DNA of 38,220 nucleotides from Octopus bimaculoides. Lineage: Eukaryota. Positions within the stretch are counted from its first letter, which is position 1. Each line of letters opens with the position of its first letter. Positions 1 through 11,761 of the stretch are shown piece by piece. The DNA lies in NCBI RefSeq assembly GCF_001194135.2, contig NC_069002.1, positions 17,657,517 to 17,695,736 on the forward strand, written 5' to 3'. The notes beneath the pieces were generated by a model that had not been told where the DNA came from, ran no database searches, and saw only the letters and a list, made by a program, of their open reading frames with translations. The position numbers and the translations under genes are program-made.

Positions 1-224
1 CCATAACCAAAAACGTGGGATTCCATAAAAAAATCAATATATATCCATTTTACCCGAAGTTATGACAGAATAATCGGATCTTGTGAATTTTCTGAAAGTC
101 CCTTCCCCACCCCCAGGGTCGTCAGCACACATTTTTTTTTCCATATTTGTTTTCCATACACTTGTTAACACCCCACCAGGCTGGTTAATTTTTTTTTTTT
201 TGTTCCTGGGTGAAGGTCTTTATA

Positions 225-410
225 TTGACTGGCACAAGGCCAGCAATTTAGAGACAGAGTTAGTTGATTAAATCATGCTAAGTACTTGATTTGTATTATA
301 TTTTATCAACCCTAGAAGGATGAAATCCAAGATTGACCTTGGCAGGAATTGAACTCAGAGTGTAAAGAGCCAGAACAAATACCACGTAGTATTTTGTCTG
401 GATCATATGT
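225..410 (-). mobile_element. Degenerate SINE fragment, family S2 (ggcagcaagctggcagaa head)
   Basis: ttttatcaaccctagaaggatgaaa...gaccttggcaggaattgaactcag aligns with the copies at 11280-11495 and 32682-32899. Confidence 0.7.
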
Positions 411-689
411 TGGTTTTGATAAGGAATATTATAGTTATCTGATCAACTACACTACATACAATTAGCATATAAGTAGCTGGGTATTTCACACATGAGTGCC
501 TTTAATGTATAATCATTAAATAGAATAAACCCTGCACTTTGTAACAAAGCTTACCCTTAGAATTACAGGCACAAACCTTCCAATAGGCTAACACCCACAT
601 TCACTCATCAGACTTAGATTAATCCAAGGCTGTGGTAGAAAACACTTGCTCAAGATGCTACAGACTGGGATTCTAACCTTCAGTAGCAT

Positions 690-945
690 ACAAAAAGGCA
701 ACATTCTCCCTTCCTGGGGACTTGTGAGCTATATGATAACCTCAATACTGCCAATGACATGACAAAAGCACCCTGTACACACTGTAAACTGGTTGGTGTT
801 ATAAAGGGCATTAAGCCATAGAAATCGCACCAAAGAAGACAATGGAGTATAAATGCAGTGCTTGACTCACTGGATCTTTGTGAAACTGTCCAACCCACGC
901 CAGCATGGAGCATGGATGTTAAATGATGGTGATGATGACATAACA
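690..945 (+). mobile_element. RTE-tail-bearing retroposon fragment
   Basis: Ends in ccaacccacgccagcatggagcatggatgttaaatgatggtgatgatg, the same 3' terminus and (GAT)n tail as the RTE copies at 3281, 23540 and 35821. Confidence 0.65.
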
Positions 946-974
946 CACAGACATATATACATCCATCATATGTA

Positions 975-1732
975 TTCGAGGGCGAGTCAAAAATTATACA
1001 CACTCTTGTTTTTTCAATGTACTTACACAAAAGCAGGGGATAAACAAGTACACCATTTTTCTATATAGTCTCCTTCCTTTCCAATGCACTTCGTCCAGTG
1101 GTCCACAAGCTTGCATATTCCCTCCAAGAAGAAGGTTTTTGGTTGGTTGTGCAACCATTTATGCACCACTTCCTTCATATCTTCATTTGGTTAATGGTTT
1201 CAATGGTCTGGGTGGACATGTGTGGGTGTGCATTGTCATGCAACAACAAAACTTTCTTCAACAATAGGCTATGGCATTTGGTGCAAATTGCTGGCTTCAG
1301 TTTCTTGGCCAGCAAAGCACTGTATTTTGCACTGGTTATTGTATACCCCTTTTCCAAGCAGTCTTCCAGTATAGGCCCTTTTGAGTCCAAAAACTTTAAA
1401 ACTTTAAAACTTCTTGATCCACTCATACACATTTCTACACAGTAGTGCACTGTCCCCGTATTGTGCTAAAAGCCTCCGATGAATTTCAACACCTGACACA
1501 CCTTCTGACCAGAGAAATCAGATCACTGCACTTTGTACTTCTTTGATGCACATGGCTAATGGAGCGGCCATGCTTACACTGTAAAGCCAGAAAGAAAAAT
1601 GGTACAATTCAGCTCAAACTTCAATCACATGACCACAACAGTAGCAACTATAAGCACACATGCACTGAAGGCAGTGTGACAATGATAAAGCTATGTTATG
1701 GTGACTGTACGGATAATTTTTGACTTTCCCTC

Positions 1733-1733
<1 letters not shown>
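975..1733 (-). mobile_element. Internally deleted non-autonomous mariner element with both TIRs
   Basis: TIRs cgagggcgagtcaaaaattat (left) and ataatttttgactttccctca (right), followed by TA. The minus strand reads MAAP..EVQSAVI*FLWSEGVSGVEIHRRLLAQYG..VYEWIKKF fused to LDSKGPILED...VLLLHDNAHPH (transposase N-terminus and second catalytic Asp). Confidence 0.85.
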
Positions 1734-1763
<30 letters not shown>

Positions 1764-1789
1764 TGTATATACACACACACGTGTGTGCA

Positions 1790-1836
<47 letters not shown>
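1734..1836. repeat. (ATGT)n/(AC)n/(AT)n compound microsatellite
   Basis: Directly visible. Confidence 0.95.
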
Positions 1837-1838
<2 letters not shown>

Positions 1839-1844
1839 GCACAC

Positions 1845-2220
1845 ATAAGTTTTTCACAAGTGAAGAATGTACAACTCAACATAGATTAGTGGTTAGTAAC
1901 TTTAGACTTAAGGTTAGAAGGACCCAGGGACACAAATTGATATAGAAAAGGAGGTCATGGAAACTCACAGATCCTTCAAATGGGCAGAGATTTAGGTATG
2001 TTCTTAATGAAAGTTTGATGAGGAGGAGGAAGAGATGAAAACATTATGACATAGAAGATATCTGGAGTTCCTATGGGATAATCTACTGAGGATGACAGAC
2101 TAAATGTGTGCCTGGAACAAAGCTTCTACCAGACAAAGAGCGACATGGTGGTGGAACAGTGAGGTCAACAGGTCCATAAAAGAGAAGAGACAGGTTTGGA
2201 AAGAGTGGAAGAGCGGAGGA
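1845..2220 (+). mobile_element. RTE LINE fragment (end of APE domain and linker)
   Basis: Translates to [16 protein letters not shown] and TWWWNSEVNRSIKEKRQVWKEWKSGG, typical of RTE ORF2 between endonuclease and RT; contains stops and frameshifts. Confidence 0.75.
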
Positions 2221-2351
2221 ATGTAATAGATGTCAAAAAGAGGGGGTTTAAAATTGAAATTAGAATTAAAATTGAAGATTAAAAGCTGTAGTTGAGAATA
2301 AAAAACAGTAAACAAAAAATACACCATATAAAAGGAAAAGAAAAATGAAGA

Positions 2352-2499
2352 AATAATAATAATAATAATAATAATAATAATCCTTTCTATTACAGGTGCA
2401 AGGCCTGAAATGTTAGGGGCAGGGAGTTAGTCAATTACATCGACCCCCAGTGCTTGACTGGTACTTATTTTATTGACCCTGAAAGGATCAGAAGCAAAG
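2352..2499 (-). mobile_element. 5'-truncated S2 SINE with (TTA)n tail
   Basis: (AAT)n-cctttctattacaggtgcaaggcctgaaat...gactggtacttattttattgaccctgaaagga has the same layout as 11220-11495. Confidence 0.8.
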
Positions 2500-2756
2500 A
2501 GTACTAGTCCAACCAAAATTTTGGTTGGACTAGTATTCTGTTGAAATGGTATCGGAAATGTAGTTGAATTTTATCCTGGTGAAGCAGCACCAGTAATTAA
2601 CATGAAAATGCACACCAAGATGCATAATTTGCAGTGTGCATTAGCTTGCAGCAGAAACACCAGTAAGCGCTAACAAAGAAAGATGTGATTAACTGTATAA
2701 TAAAACCTGGATATGTAAATCTCTGTTCTCCTGATTTTTATTAATTATAAATATTA

Positions 2757-3002
2757 AAAAGCCCACCGCTTTTTAATATTCTCCCAAAGAGCCTGAGGAA
2801 CCTGCACAAAGTAGATGTAGGGGTTTTTAAATCAAAGCTGGACCTCTTCCTGTTGAGAGTCCCAGATGAACCTACCTCACGGCAAGAGGTGCAAATGAGG
2901 GTTGCTAAATCAAACTCCATTCTTCACCAAATGCCACATATTGTAGGAGGCTCCCTGTAATAACAGTGTAGCAACACGGCGGTGCATCAGCATGGCCGCA
3001 GC
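2757..3002 (+). mobile_element. 3' end of a CR1/L2-group LINE (ORF2 C-terminus and 3' UTR)
   Basis: Frame reads KSPPLFNILPKSLRNLHKVDVGVFKSKLDLFLLRVPDEP...GGSL* (stop 2958-2960), matching the LFN.LP...F..KLD.FL..VPD(E/Q)P terminus of CR1-like ORF2. Confidence 0.75.
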
Positions 3003-3280
3003 TCAGTTTCTGTCTACAAAATCCACTCACAAGGCTATGGTCAGCCTGAGGCCATAGTAGAAGACACTTGCCAAAGGTGCCACACAGTGGAACAAACCTC
3101 ATCTTTTTTGACATCTACTATCGTCATTTTAATTATTTGCAATTCCCATTTCTGGACATCATCATTCTGTTTTGCTTAATCGCTTTTATATTAAGTTTTT
3201 ATTCATTTCATCTATTGCTTATATTTATTTCTCTGCTAAGGTCAACGTTAACTGGTATCCAATTATACTCCCTTATTCAT

Positions 3281-5030
3281 CATCATCATCATTTAAAGTC
3301 CATTATCCTTGCTGGCATGGGTTGGACAGTTTGACCAGGCTGGCATGCTGGAAGGCTGCACCAGACTCCTGTCTGATTTGGCATGGTTTTCTATGGCTGG
3401 ATGCCCTTCCTAATGCCAAACACTCTGACAGTGCAATGTGTGCGTTTACGTGCCACCAGCATGGGTGCCATTTGTGTGACACCAGAGTGCTTTCACGGGC
3501 TACCAGCACGATTGCCAATTCATGTGACACCTGTATCTGCCATGGCTGTGGTTTTGCTTGGCTTAATGGGTCTTCTCAAGCATGACAGAATGCCAAAGGT
3601 CTTGGTCATTGCCTCCATGAGGCCCAACACTCAAAAGGAACTCAGCCTCCATGAGGCCCAATTCTCGAAAGGTGTTCTTCACATGCCACCAGCATGAGTG
3701 CACTTGGTTTGACGGGTCCTCTCAAACACAGCACATCGCCAAAGGTCTCATTCATTAGTCATTGCCTCTGTGAAGCTCAAAGTTCAAAGATCATGCTTCA
3801 CCACCTGGTTCTATGTCTTCCTGGGTCTACCTCCACCACAAGTTCCCGCCACAGTTAGAGATTGGCACTTCTTTACACAGCTGTCCTCATCCATACACAT
3901 CACGACTGTACCAGTACAGTCGTGTCTCTTGCACACCACATCTGATGCCTCTCATGCTTAACTTTTTTCTCAAGATGCTTACACTCTGTTGAACATGCAC
4001 ACTGACATTGCACATCCAGCGAAGTATACTGGCTTCATTTCTTTCAAGCCTACGCATGTCCTCGGCTGTCACAGCCTATGTTTCACTGCCATACAGCATA
4101 GCTGTTCACACACAGGCATCAAACAATCAGCCTTTCACTCTGAGAGAGAAGCCCTTTGTTGCCAGCAGAGGTAGGAGCTCTCTGAACTTTGCCCATCCTA
4201 ATCTTATTCTCACAGCTACGCTCTTGGAGCATCCACCTCCACTACGAACTTGGTCACCTAGGCAACAGAAGCTATCTACTACCTCTAGCTTGCCCCACTG
4301 GCAGTTGATGGAGCCTATTTTCTGCCCATTTTCAGCATTTATTGCATGCAAAAACTAGTTTCCTCTGTTAACCTTCCCTTGATATTGCTGCACTTTTTAT
4401 GTGTCCAAAGCTTACATTAGGTGCATCTTATTGAGTTTCTACCTATACCTTTTCTACAGATTAAGCAGGGCCATCTCCTTGAAGGGATTTGTGATTTGCC
4501 AGCCTTCCTACTTACTAAGACTTTGGTTTTTGCTAGGTTAACTCTAAGGCTCTTTGATTCTAGACCTTGTTTCCATACCTGGAACTTCTTCTTTAGTTCA
4601 GGTAGTGATTTAGCTATAAAAGTAAGGTCATCAACATAGAGGAGCTCCCTGGGGCAGCCAGTCTTCAATTCCTCTGTTATTGCCTGGAGGACTTTGATGC
4701 ACTTGATGGGGCTGAGCACTGATCTTTAGTGAACTGCTACTTGTACCCTGAATTCTTTACTGTACTCATTGTCAACCCTCACCTTACTGGTAGCATCCCT
4801 GTACTAGGCTTGTACAGCTCTCACCAACCAGTCGTCTATCACTAGTTTTGGCACTGACCACCAGATAAGCGATTGGGGGACCCTGTTAAAGGCTTTCTCC
4901 ATGTCAACAAAAGCCAAGTACAGAGGTTTATCTTTGGCTAGGTATTTCTCCTGCAGCTGACTCACCAGAAATATAGCATTAGTGGTGCTTTCCCCGGGCA
5001 CAGAACCAAACTGCATCTCATCTAAGCTAA
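3281..5030 (-). mobile_element. 5'-truncated, decayed RTE LINE (RT to 3' UTR, (GAT)n tail)
   Basis: ORFs 4804..5016 (QFG..PG.STTNAIF), 4417..4719 (LLYVDDL, KTKV), 4127..4351 (FCCLGD, WAKFRELLPLL) and 3887..4072; homologous to 35821-38220. Confidence 0.92.
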
Positions 5031-6121
5031 CTGAAATTATTTACCCAGTCAGATTGAAATGCTAACTCATTGAACTGTATCCACTAAAGACTATATTATA
5101 TTATATATACTCACATAATTTAATTATTACATGTTATCACAATTGTCTGATGAGTGATTATGCAAAACTCTGAGTAAGAGTTTGTGAAGATCTTTTCAGC
5201 TTTAATAAAATGGTATAGTTTCTGCCTTTGATATTTAAGTATTATTTTTAACACCTTGTTTTGCACTTATGTGCTTACTTGTGTGTGTATATATGTTGTT
5301 TTGTCATTTCACGATCTAGTTTAGCTTTAATGTGCTAAAAATATTATAACAGCTTGACTGTGAGAGAGTCTCATTGCACCCCATTGAGTTTGTTGTGTTG
5401 GATAATATTTATTCCTCATGTGAAAACACCAGATTCACTAGCAACTGGGCTTTTGGTGTTTCCACTGAACTTTGCATTGACCAACAGTCAGTATACTGTC
5501 AGACATTCCTAACTAGAAACTAGTCTTATCTCATTTTACAATAAGCCATGGACTATACTTCAATATATATATATATGATGCAACGTGTAATTCTTCTAAG
5601 GAAAATAGTTGTGGTTCTTATTATTGATTATTCTGCACAAGTGAGAGCCAAATAATTCAGTTGGTCAGCTTGCATTGATACCAACCACACTGTGATATTT
5701 AATATTGCTTAGAATAAAGTATATGCAGGACTGAAACAACCCAAACACTGCACACTGTCGATTCATTTATTCTGCACTCTTTTTTAAAATAGCTTTGGCA
5801 GAGGATGGAAGAGAAGTTATGATGACCCCTTTCAAAGCCTTCAAGCCTGGCCAAAATGTTTGCAACAGTGTGGACTCTTCTAAAGGTATTAAAATGATAT
5901 GTAATACAGGAACAGTTACTCCGATAGTCTTCTATGCAGTTTCTGTTAATCCAATTTCGCTCACAAAGCTTTGGTCAACCTGCAGCTATGATAGAAAACA
6001 CTTTTCCCAAGACAGTGCACGATCAAATAGTTGTTAGTGCCCATTACAAGATTGTAAGTGCAATGTCATCCAAACTTCTTTACTATGTATGTATAAATAT
6101 ATACACACACACAAACATATA

Positions 6122-7085
6122 TATCATGTCATCCCATAAGTTCTATCCAAATTTTGAATAAAGAAAACAAGTGATTGAATGTTATATTTAATTGAAATTT
6201 AATCATCAATGTACTTTCCCTGATTATCTATGACTTCCTTCCATCGATTTACAAGCTTTTTTAATCCCATCAATGTAAAATTCTTTTGGTTTCAAAGTGA
6301 AGAACTCTGAAATGTCAGTTTCGACCTCCTCCTGGCTTGCAAAAGTTATGTCCCCCAAATGATTCTGTAAACTATGAAACAAAAGGTAGTCTGAAGGAGC
6401 AAGGTCGGGAGAATAAGGTGGATGAGGAATTTTTTCCCAACCAAGCTCTTCGATCTTCTGTGATGTGATCTTTGCAGTGTAGGGTCACACATTGTCCTGA
6501 TGAAACATCACTCCTTTTTGATTCACTAAAGCCGATCTTTTTTCCTTCAAAGCTTGGTTCAAATGCTCTAATTGCTCACAGTAGACTTGAGCATTGATTG
6601 TTGCATTAGGTGGTAACAATTCAAAGTGAATTACTCCTTTGCAATCCCACCAGATAGAGAGAAGAACCTTTTTCCCATGAAGTTCCCTTCTCGGTTGTAG
6701 TTGAGCTTTTTCCCTTTTACCAAGCCACTGTTTACGACATTTAACATTTCGATAGAAGATCCATTTTTCGTCACCAGTCACAAGTCTATCCAAAAAGGAT
6801 GAAATAAGTTCGCGAGAATGGAGAGAATAGCAGATGTCAATTCGGGATTTGCAGTTGCTTTCGGACAATTCATGAGGCACCCATTTTCCAAGTTTAGGAA
6901 CCTTTCCAAGTTGTTGAAGATGACGGTGAACAGTTGTATGGTTTGAACTAAGCTTTATTGCCAATTCTTCAACTGATAATGCAGGATTTTCTTCAAGTAA
7001 TGCCTCAAGGAGCTTATCATCAAACTCAACTGGACGTCCTATTCGATCTTCATCTTCAAGGCCGAAATCTCCACTTCTGAATTTT
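6122..7085 (-). mobile_element. Mos1-like mariner (DD34D) transposase pseudogene running into an assembly gap
   Basis: ORF 6485..6964 contains TGDEKW, KVLLSIWWDCKG and FHQDN; downstream PHPPYSPDLAPSDY...HLG. TIR-like end tatcatgtcatcccataagttctatcc at about 6122. Confidence 0.9.
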
Positions 7086-7449
7086 NNNNNNNNNNNNNNN
7101 NNNNNNNNNNNNNNNNNNNNNNNNNNNNNNNNNNNNNNNNNNNNNNNNNNNNNNNNNNNNNNNNNNNNNNNNNNNNNNNNNNNNNNNNNNNNNNNNNNNN
7201 NNNNNNNNNNNNNNNNNNNNNNNNNNNNNNNNNNNNNNNNNNNNNNNNNNNNNNNNNNNNNNTTATGTTATTTATTATTAAAAAACAATACAAGAAATCA
7301 TTATTATTATTCATTTAGTTCATGATGTACAAGTATGTGTGTATTCATCAATATCTTATTTATTTTATACAATTTTAGAAAAATTGAAGTATATCTTTGA
7401 CAATTCCAGAGTGTATTGAACATATTTTGTGCATGACTTTTGACCCACC

Positions 7450-7497
<48 letters not shown>

Positions 7498-7679
7498 CTG
7501 TGTGTGTGTGTCATTATTCAATTTATTTCAAGATTTCTTGCCAATAGAGAAAGAACTGGTTTCTAATCTAGATCTAAGGCTCCTTCACTGGAACTTCAAC
7601 ATCAACAACAGGGTATGTATGTATGTATGTATGTATGTATGTGTGTGTGTGCATGTGTGTGCATATGTATGTATGTGCA

Positions 7680-8200
7680 GATTTGTATATTTTATGTATG
7701 TATTCTCATGCATATAGTTGCATATCTAGACATGCACATATTAAATGATAAACTTCTGGAAAGTTTTACAGATTTTTACAGTTCCAGTGATGGATTGGAT
7801 CTGTAGTCTTGAATTAGCTTTCTCCTTTCTGGTTTTGAGAAGCTTAATTTCTCGTGATTGGTATTTATGCAGTGTGTTACATATCCCAGGGACCCAATAA
7901 TTACAGGTATAAACCTGCAGATTGCTCAATAGTTCAGCATAGGTGTTCTCTTTTTCACTGATCTTCAGCTTTATGTTAACATCTGCAGGACAGCTAATTT
8001 CCACAACTATGCAGTTTCTCTTCTCTATCCCAAATCATTATATCAGGCCCGTTGTGCTTACATTTTATTGAGGTCTTCACTGGGACATTCCACTAGTATT
8101 CCTTTTCATTATAAGTGACTATGGCTTCTACCATATTGTGGGTTTTTATATCTTTGTCCTTGGGATTATCCTTCCGACAGATTTCGTTATAGTGTCCTAG
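7680..8200 (-). mobile_element. 3' end of a restriction-like-endonuclease (RLE) non-LTR retrotransposon embedded in (CATA)n
   Basis: Minus frames give KCKHNGPDIMIWDREEK, EISCPADVNIKLKISEKENTYAELL and LQIQSITGTVKICKTFQKFII* (stop 7741): the PD-x(n)-E/D-x-K type RLE core and C-terminus of R4/NeSL-group elements. Confidence 0.78.
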
Positions 8201-8356
8201 TATGTATGTATGTATGTATGTATGTATGTATGTATGTATGTATGTATGTATATATATGTATGTATGTATGTATGTGGTCCAACCCATGCCAGCATGGAAG
8301 ATGGACATTAAATGATGATGTTGATAATGATGATGTTTTATACATATATATATATA

Positions 8357-8725
8357 CAGGGTGTGATGGGTAAATTGTTGCCATTTTATATTTCTAATTT
8401 CATGCATGTGCATTGTTTGCTTTTGATTTTGTCGACTACACAGTATAGTAGGTTCAGTTGGGCACTATCTGTGAGAAAAACAGCACCATGATGCAATTCA
8501 GTCTGCCAGAACTTTGGAAACGACATACTGTAATGCTTGGCAAAGCTCCAATACAAATATTACAAGGAGTTTAGGTGTCAATCTGAGGACAGTGCAGAGG
8601 ATTTGGAAAGAGTTGGATGAGTCTAATGGTGATTAGGAAGGTACGGCAGCTTGTAAAACTCACTCTGATTGTTCTGATAAGAAAAGAACTCCTAAATTTG
8701 TTGGGGAGATCCAGGCCATGATTAA
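8357..8725 (+). mobile_element. 5' part of a Tc1/mariner (maT-like) element
   Basis: TA-cagggtgtg TIR start; frame NTNITRSLGVNLRTVQRIWKELDESNG...KKRTPKFVGEIQAMI is an HTH-type N-terminus. Confidence 0.65.
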
Positions 8726-9027
8726 CAGGGCTGACCAAAGCATTTGAGTGGATCTGATACATGGAAATTGAAAAAAGCCTGTTGTATGCATGTGTGAGTG
8801 TATCCTTGTTTTGACAACATGAGATGATTAGAAATAAGCATCATCCTTATACAAGTGGTGTTGTCTGTTTCCTGTCTTCCACAGTGAAATATTACTTTGC
8901 TCGAAAACAGCATAGGTTTGGCAACAGGAGGGGAATCTGGTCATAGAAAATCTACCTGAACAAATTCCATCTAACCCATGCAAACATGGAAAAGTAGACA
9001 TTAAATGATGACAATGGTGATATAGAC

Positions 9028-9353
9028 CAGGAGTTCTCAACCGGGATCCACATGGATTCCGGGAGTCCATATAAGATTTTGGAGGGTCCATGGATGCAAT
9101 ATATTAAATTGAGGGTCTATGGTAAGTTTTCAAGGACCCTGAAAAAATTGTGCTGCAGACTAGTAAAGTTTGTGCAATAACTTAGTTATACATCCACAAT
9201 ACACAAAATATTTTAGCAATTCTTATACAAGTCCTAATAATATTTAATTATAAAAATACAACAGAATTTTTAAACATCAAGTGGTAAGGGAGTCTACCCC
9301 AGTAAAATAGAAATCAAAGGGGTCCACAGGTAAAAAATGGTTGAGAAACCCTG
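9028..9353. mobile_element. hAT-type MITE
   Basis: Termini caggagttctcaacc and ggttgagaaaccctg. Flanks atatagac and (a)ttatagac resemble a decayed 8-bp TSD. Confidence 0.7.
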
Positions 9354-9644
9354 ATTATAGACAGACTGGTTGACAGCTTATGACATACAAAGACTTTCAT
9401 AGGCATAAAAACGTGTCTAATGAGTTAGATGCCTGCTATAGATGAGATCTTAATCACATTTGTCTGTCAAGGTGGATCCTTATTTGTCAATGGTAAGATT
9501 TAAACACGATCCTAGACAGCTTTGTTTCCTGCATTACATATAACATACAGCAACCAAAAGTATACAATCATACAGCTCATAACTCCAGCAATGGTGAATA
9601 AGGATCCACTTTTCAAGTCAAATGCAGCTTTTATTCACAGCAGA

Positions 9645-9945
9645 CATAATGATGATGATGTTGGTGATGATGATGATGATGATGATGGATATCATGATCG
9701 TAATGATGACAACAATAAAGACCACAATGACGATATTGAGACTATAACACTGAAGACTACAGCAACGATAATGATTATGATGTTGATGACAATAATGAGA
9801 ATGATGACAAAAATGAAGATGACAATGGCTACTACAATGACAATTATAATAATGATGGTGATGATGATGACAATGATTATGAAGATATTGATATGTATGA
9901 AAATGATAATGATAATGATGATGATGAAGACAATACTGATATCAA
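9645..9945. repeat. Degenerate (GAT/AAT)n trinucleotide tract
   Basis: Directly visible; explains ORF 9522..10019. Confidence 0.9.
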
Positions 9946-10059
9946 TAACAAGTTATGGTTATGTTCTAAAGAGCGCTGACAATACCGACTGGTGTTTTGT
10001 TGTTCAAGAACTTACATGATAATAGCCTAACTCCAACAGAATGTAGAATTCTGAGTCAT

Positions 10060-10545
10060 TAGCATTGAACAAATGATATTTGATGACAAAAGAAGTGTGA
10101 ACACTGAAGTCTCAGAGGATGATGATTTCAGAGGAATGCGAAGTGAGATATATGTCTTGAATTTAAAGAGTAGTAGAGAATGCAGATGTATTTAGAAGAA
10201 TAAGGGAGGTGGGATTAACCATGTAATGTCTTTGCTGCTGTTATCCAAGTAAGACTGGTAAGTCACACTTAGAGCAAATATCTCCTTTCACAGAAAAGTT
10301 TTAGCATAGTGTGCAGCCTGGAGAGCAGATTTGGACTTTAGATAAAGGGTAAATGATTATACCTGGACAGCAGAGATCTAAGATAAGGGTTAAGAGATTA
10401 TGCCTGGGAGCAGAGATGGGCTTTAGATAAAGGGAAAGAGATTTGTGTCTCAGAGAAGAATAGTATGTATGGTTTGTGTGTGAGTAGGAAGTGATATGTA
10501 AGGTCTGAGTTTGATAATATCCAAGGATATTAGGGCAAAATAGTA
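10060..10545 (-). mobile_element. CR1/L2-type APE endonuclease N-terminal fragment
   Basis: Minus frames HFLLTHKPYILFFSETQIS and SEIIIL*DFSVHT (decayed ET and GDFN motifs). 10250-10545 aligns to the reverse complement of 14165-14429. Confidence 0.65.
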
Positions 10546-10959
10546 ACTACTGTCATTTATGTAACTGATTTTTTGGGGGGCATTTTATATTTTATCATTT
10601 CATTCTGTTCCACACATTGAGCTGCCTTAAACAGTTTCAAAGTATCCTGATTTCTTCTTGCAAAGAGACTGCTAGCCCCTTAACATTTTCCAGTGTCTGG
10701 ACAAAGAGACATTATGAGCAGAGTGAAAGGCAGCCAATTCCAAGAAGAGAAGAATTTACCCCCGTATTAGACTGGTACTTTACTACTTCACCTTTGAAGA
10801 ATAAAAAGTAAAAGTGACCCCAGCAGAATTTGAACACAAAGGCTTGAGTTGGAACAAATACCACAATGCTCAATTTACTTAAATCCGCTACCGTAAATCA
10901 CTCATTTATTTATTCTTTACTCATATTCTTTTTATGATAAATCTATAGGTGAATGAATT

Positions 10960-11217
10960 ATTGGTTTCAAATTTTGATACAAGGCCAGTAATTTCGGGGG
11001 AGGGGGTATGTCAATTACATCAACTCCCGTGCTCAATTAGTAGTTATTTTATCTACCCCAAAAGGATGAAAGGCGAAGTTGACCTCAGCAGAATTTGAAC
11101 TCAGATGGACGAAATGCCACTAAGCATTTTGGCCAGTACACTGCCTATTCTGCCAACTTGCTGCATCATCATCATCATCATCATCGTTTAACGTCCGCTT
11201 TCCATGCTAGCATGGGT

Positions 11218-11282
<65 letters not shown>

Positions 11283-11495
11283 CCTTTCTACTATAGGCAC
11301 AAGGCCTGAAATTTTAGGGGAGTGGGCTAGTTGATTACATTAATCCCAGTGTCCAACTGGTACTTATTTTATCAACCCTAAAAGGATGAAAGTCAAAGTT
11401 GACCTCAGCAGAATTCGAACTCAGAACATAAAGATGGACAAAATACTGCAAAGCATTTTGCCCAGTGTGGCAACGATTCTGCCAGCTCACTGCCT
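10960..11495 (-). mobile_element. Two tandem S2 SINE copies separated by an RTE-tail stub and (CAT)n/(AAT)n
   Basis: 10960-11160 and 11220-11495 share ggtacttattttatc.accc.aaaggatgaaag.c.aagttgacctcagcagaatt.gaactcag. Confidence 0.85.
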
Positions 11496-11761
11496 TAGAA
11501 TCAATGAATTATTAATAATTTATCAGGTAACAGACTAAAGATCACATCTGCTATAGTATTGTTGTGGTGTATATTGCAGCATATACTACTTCTTATAAAA
11601 GTTACCCTCACACCCCGCCCACCGTCTTAAGGGTGGAGCCAAATATCGAGCTGATGGTGTTACTTTGCTTGCCAGAAATTGCAATCAAATTCCCTCATGT
11701 TGCCTACTACCATGTTAAAGGTAGAATGGATACATCTAGATATACAAAATACTGTGTTGAT

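Noticed and set aside
5424-5461. Small hairpin aaacacca...tggtgttt
   Set aside because: Only 38 nt with internal mismatches; too short for a pre-miRNA and lacking snoRNA boxes.
9522-10019. 165-aa Asp/Met-rich ORF
   Set aside because: Produced by a degenerate (GAT/AAT)n tract; no domain signal.
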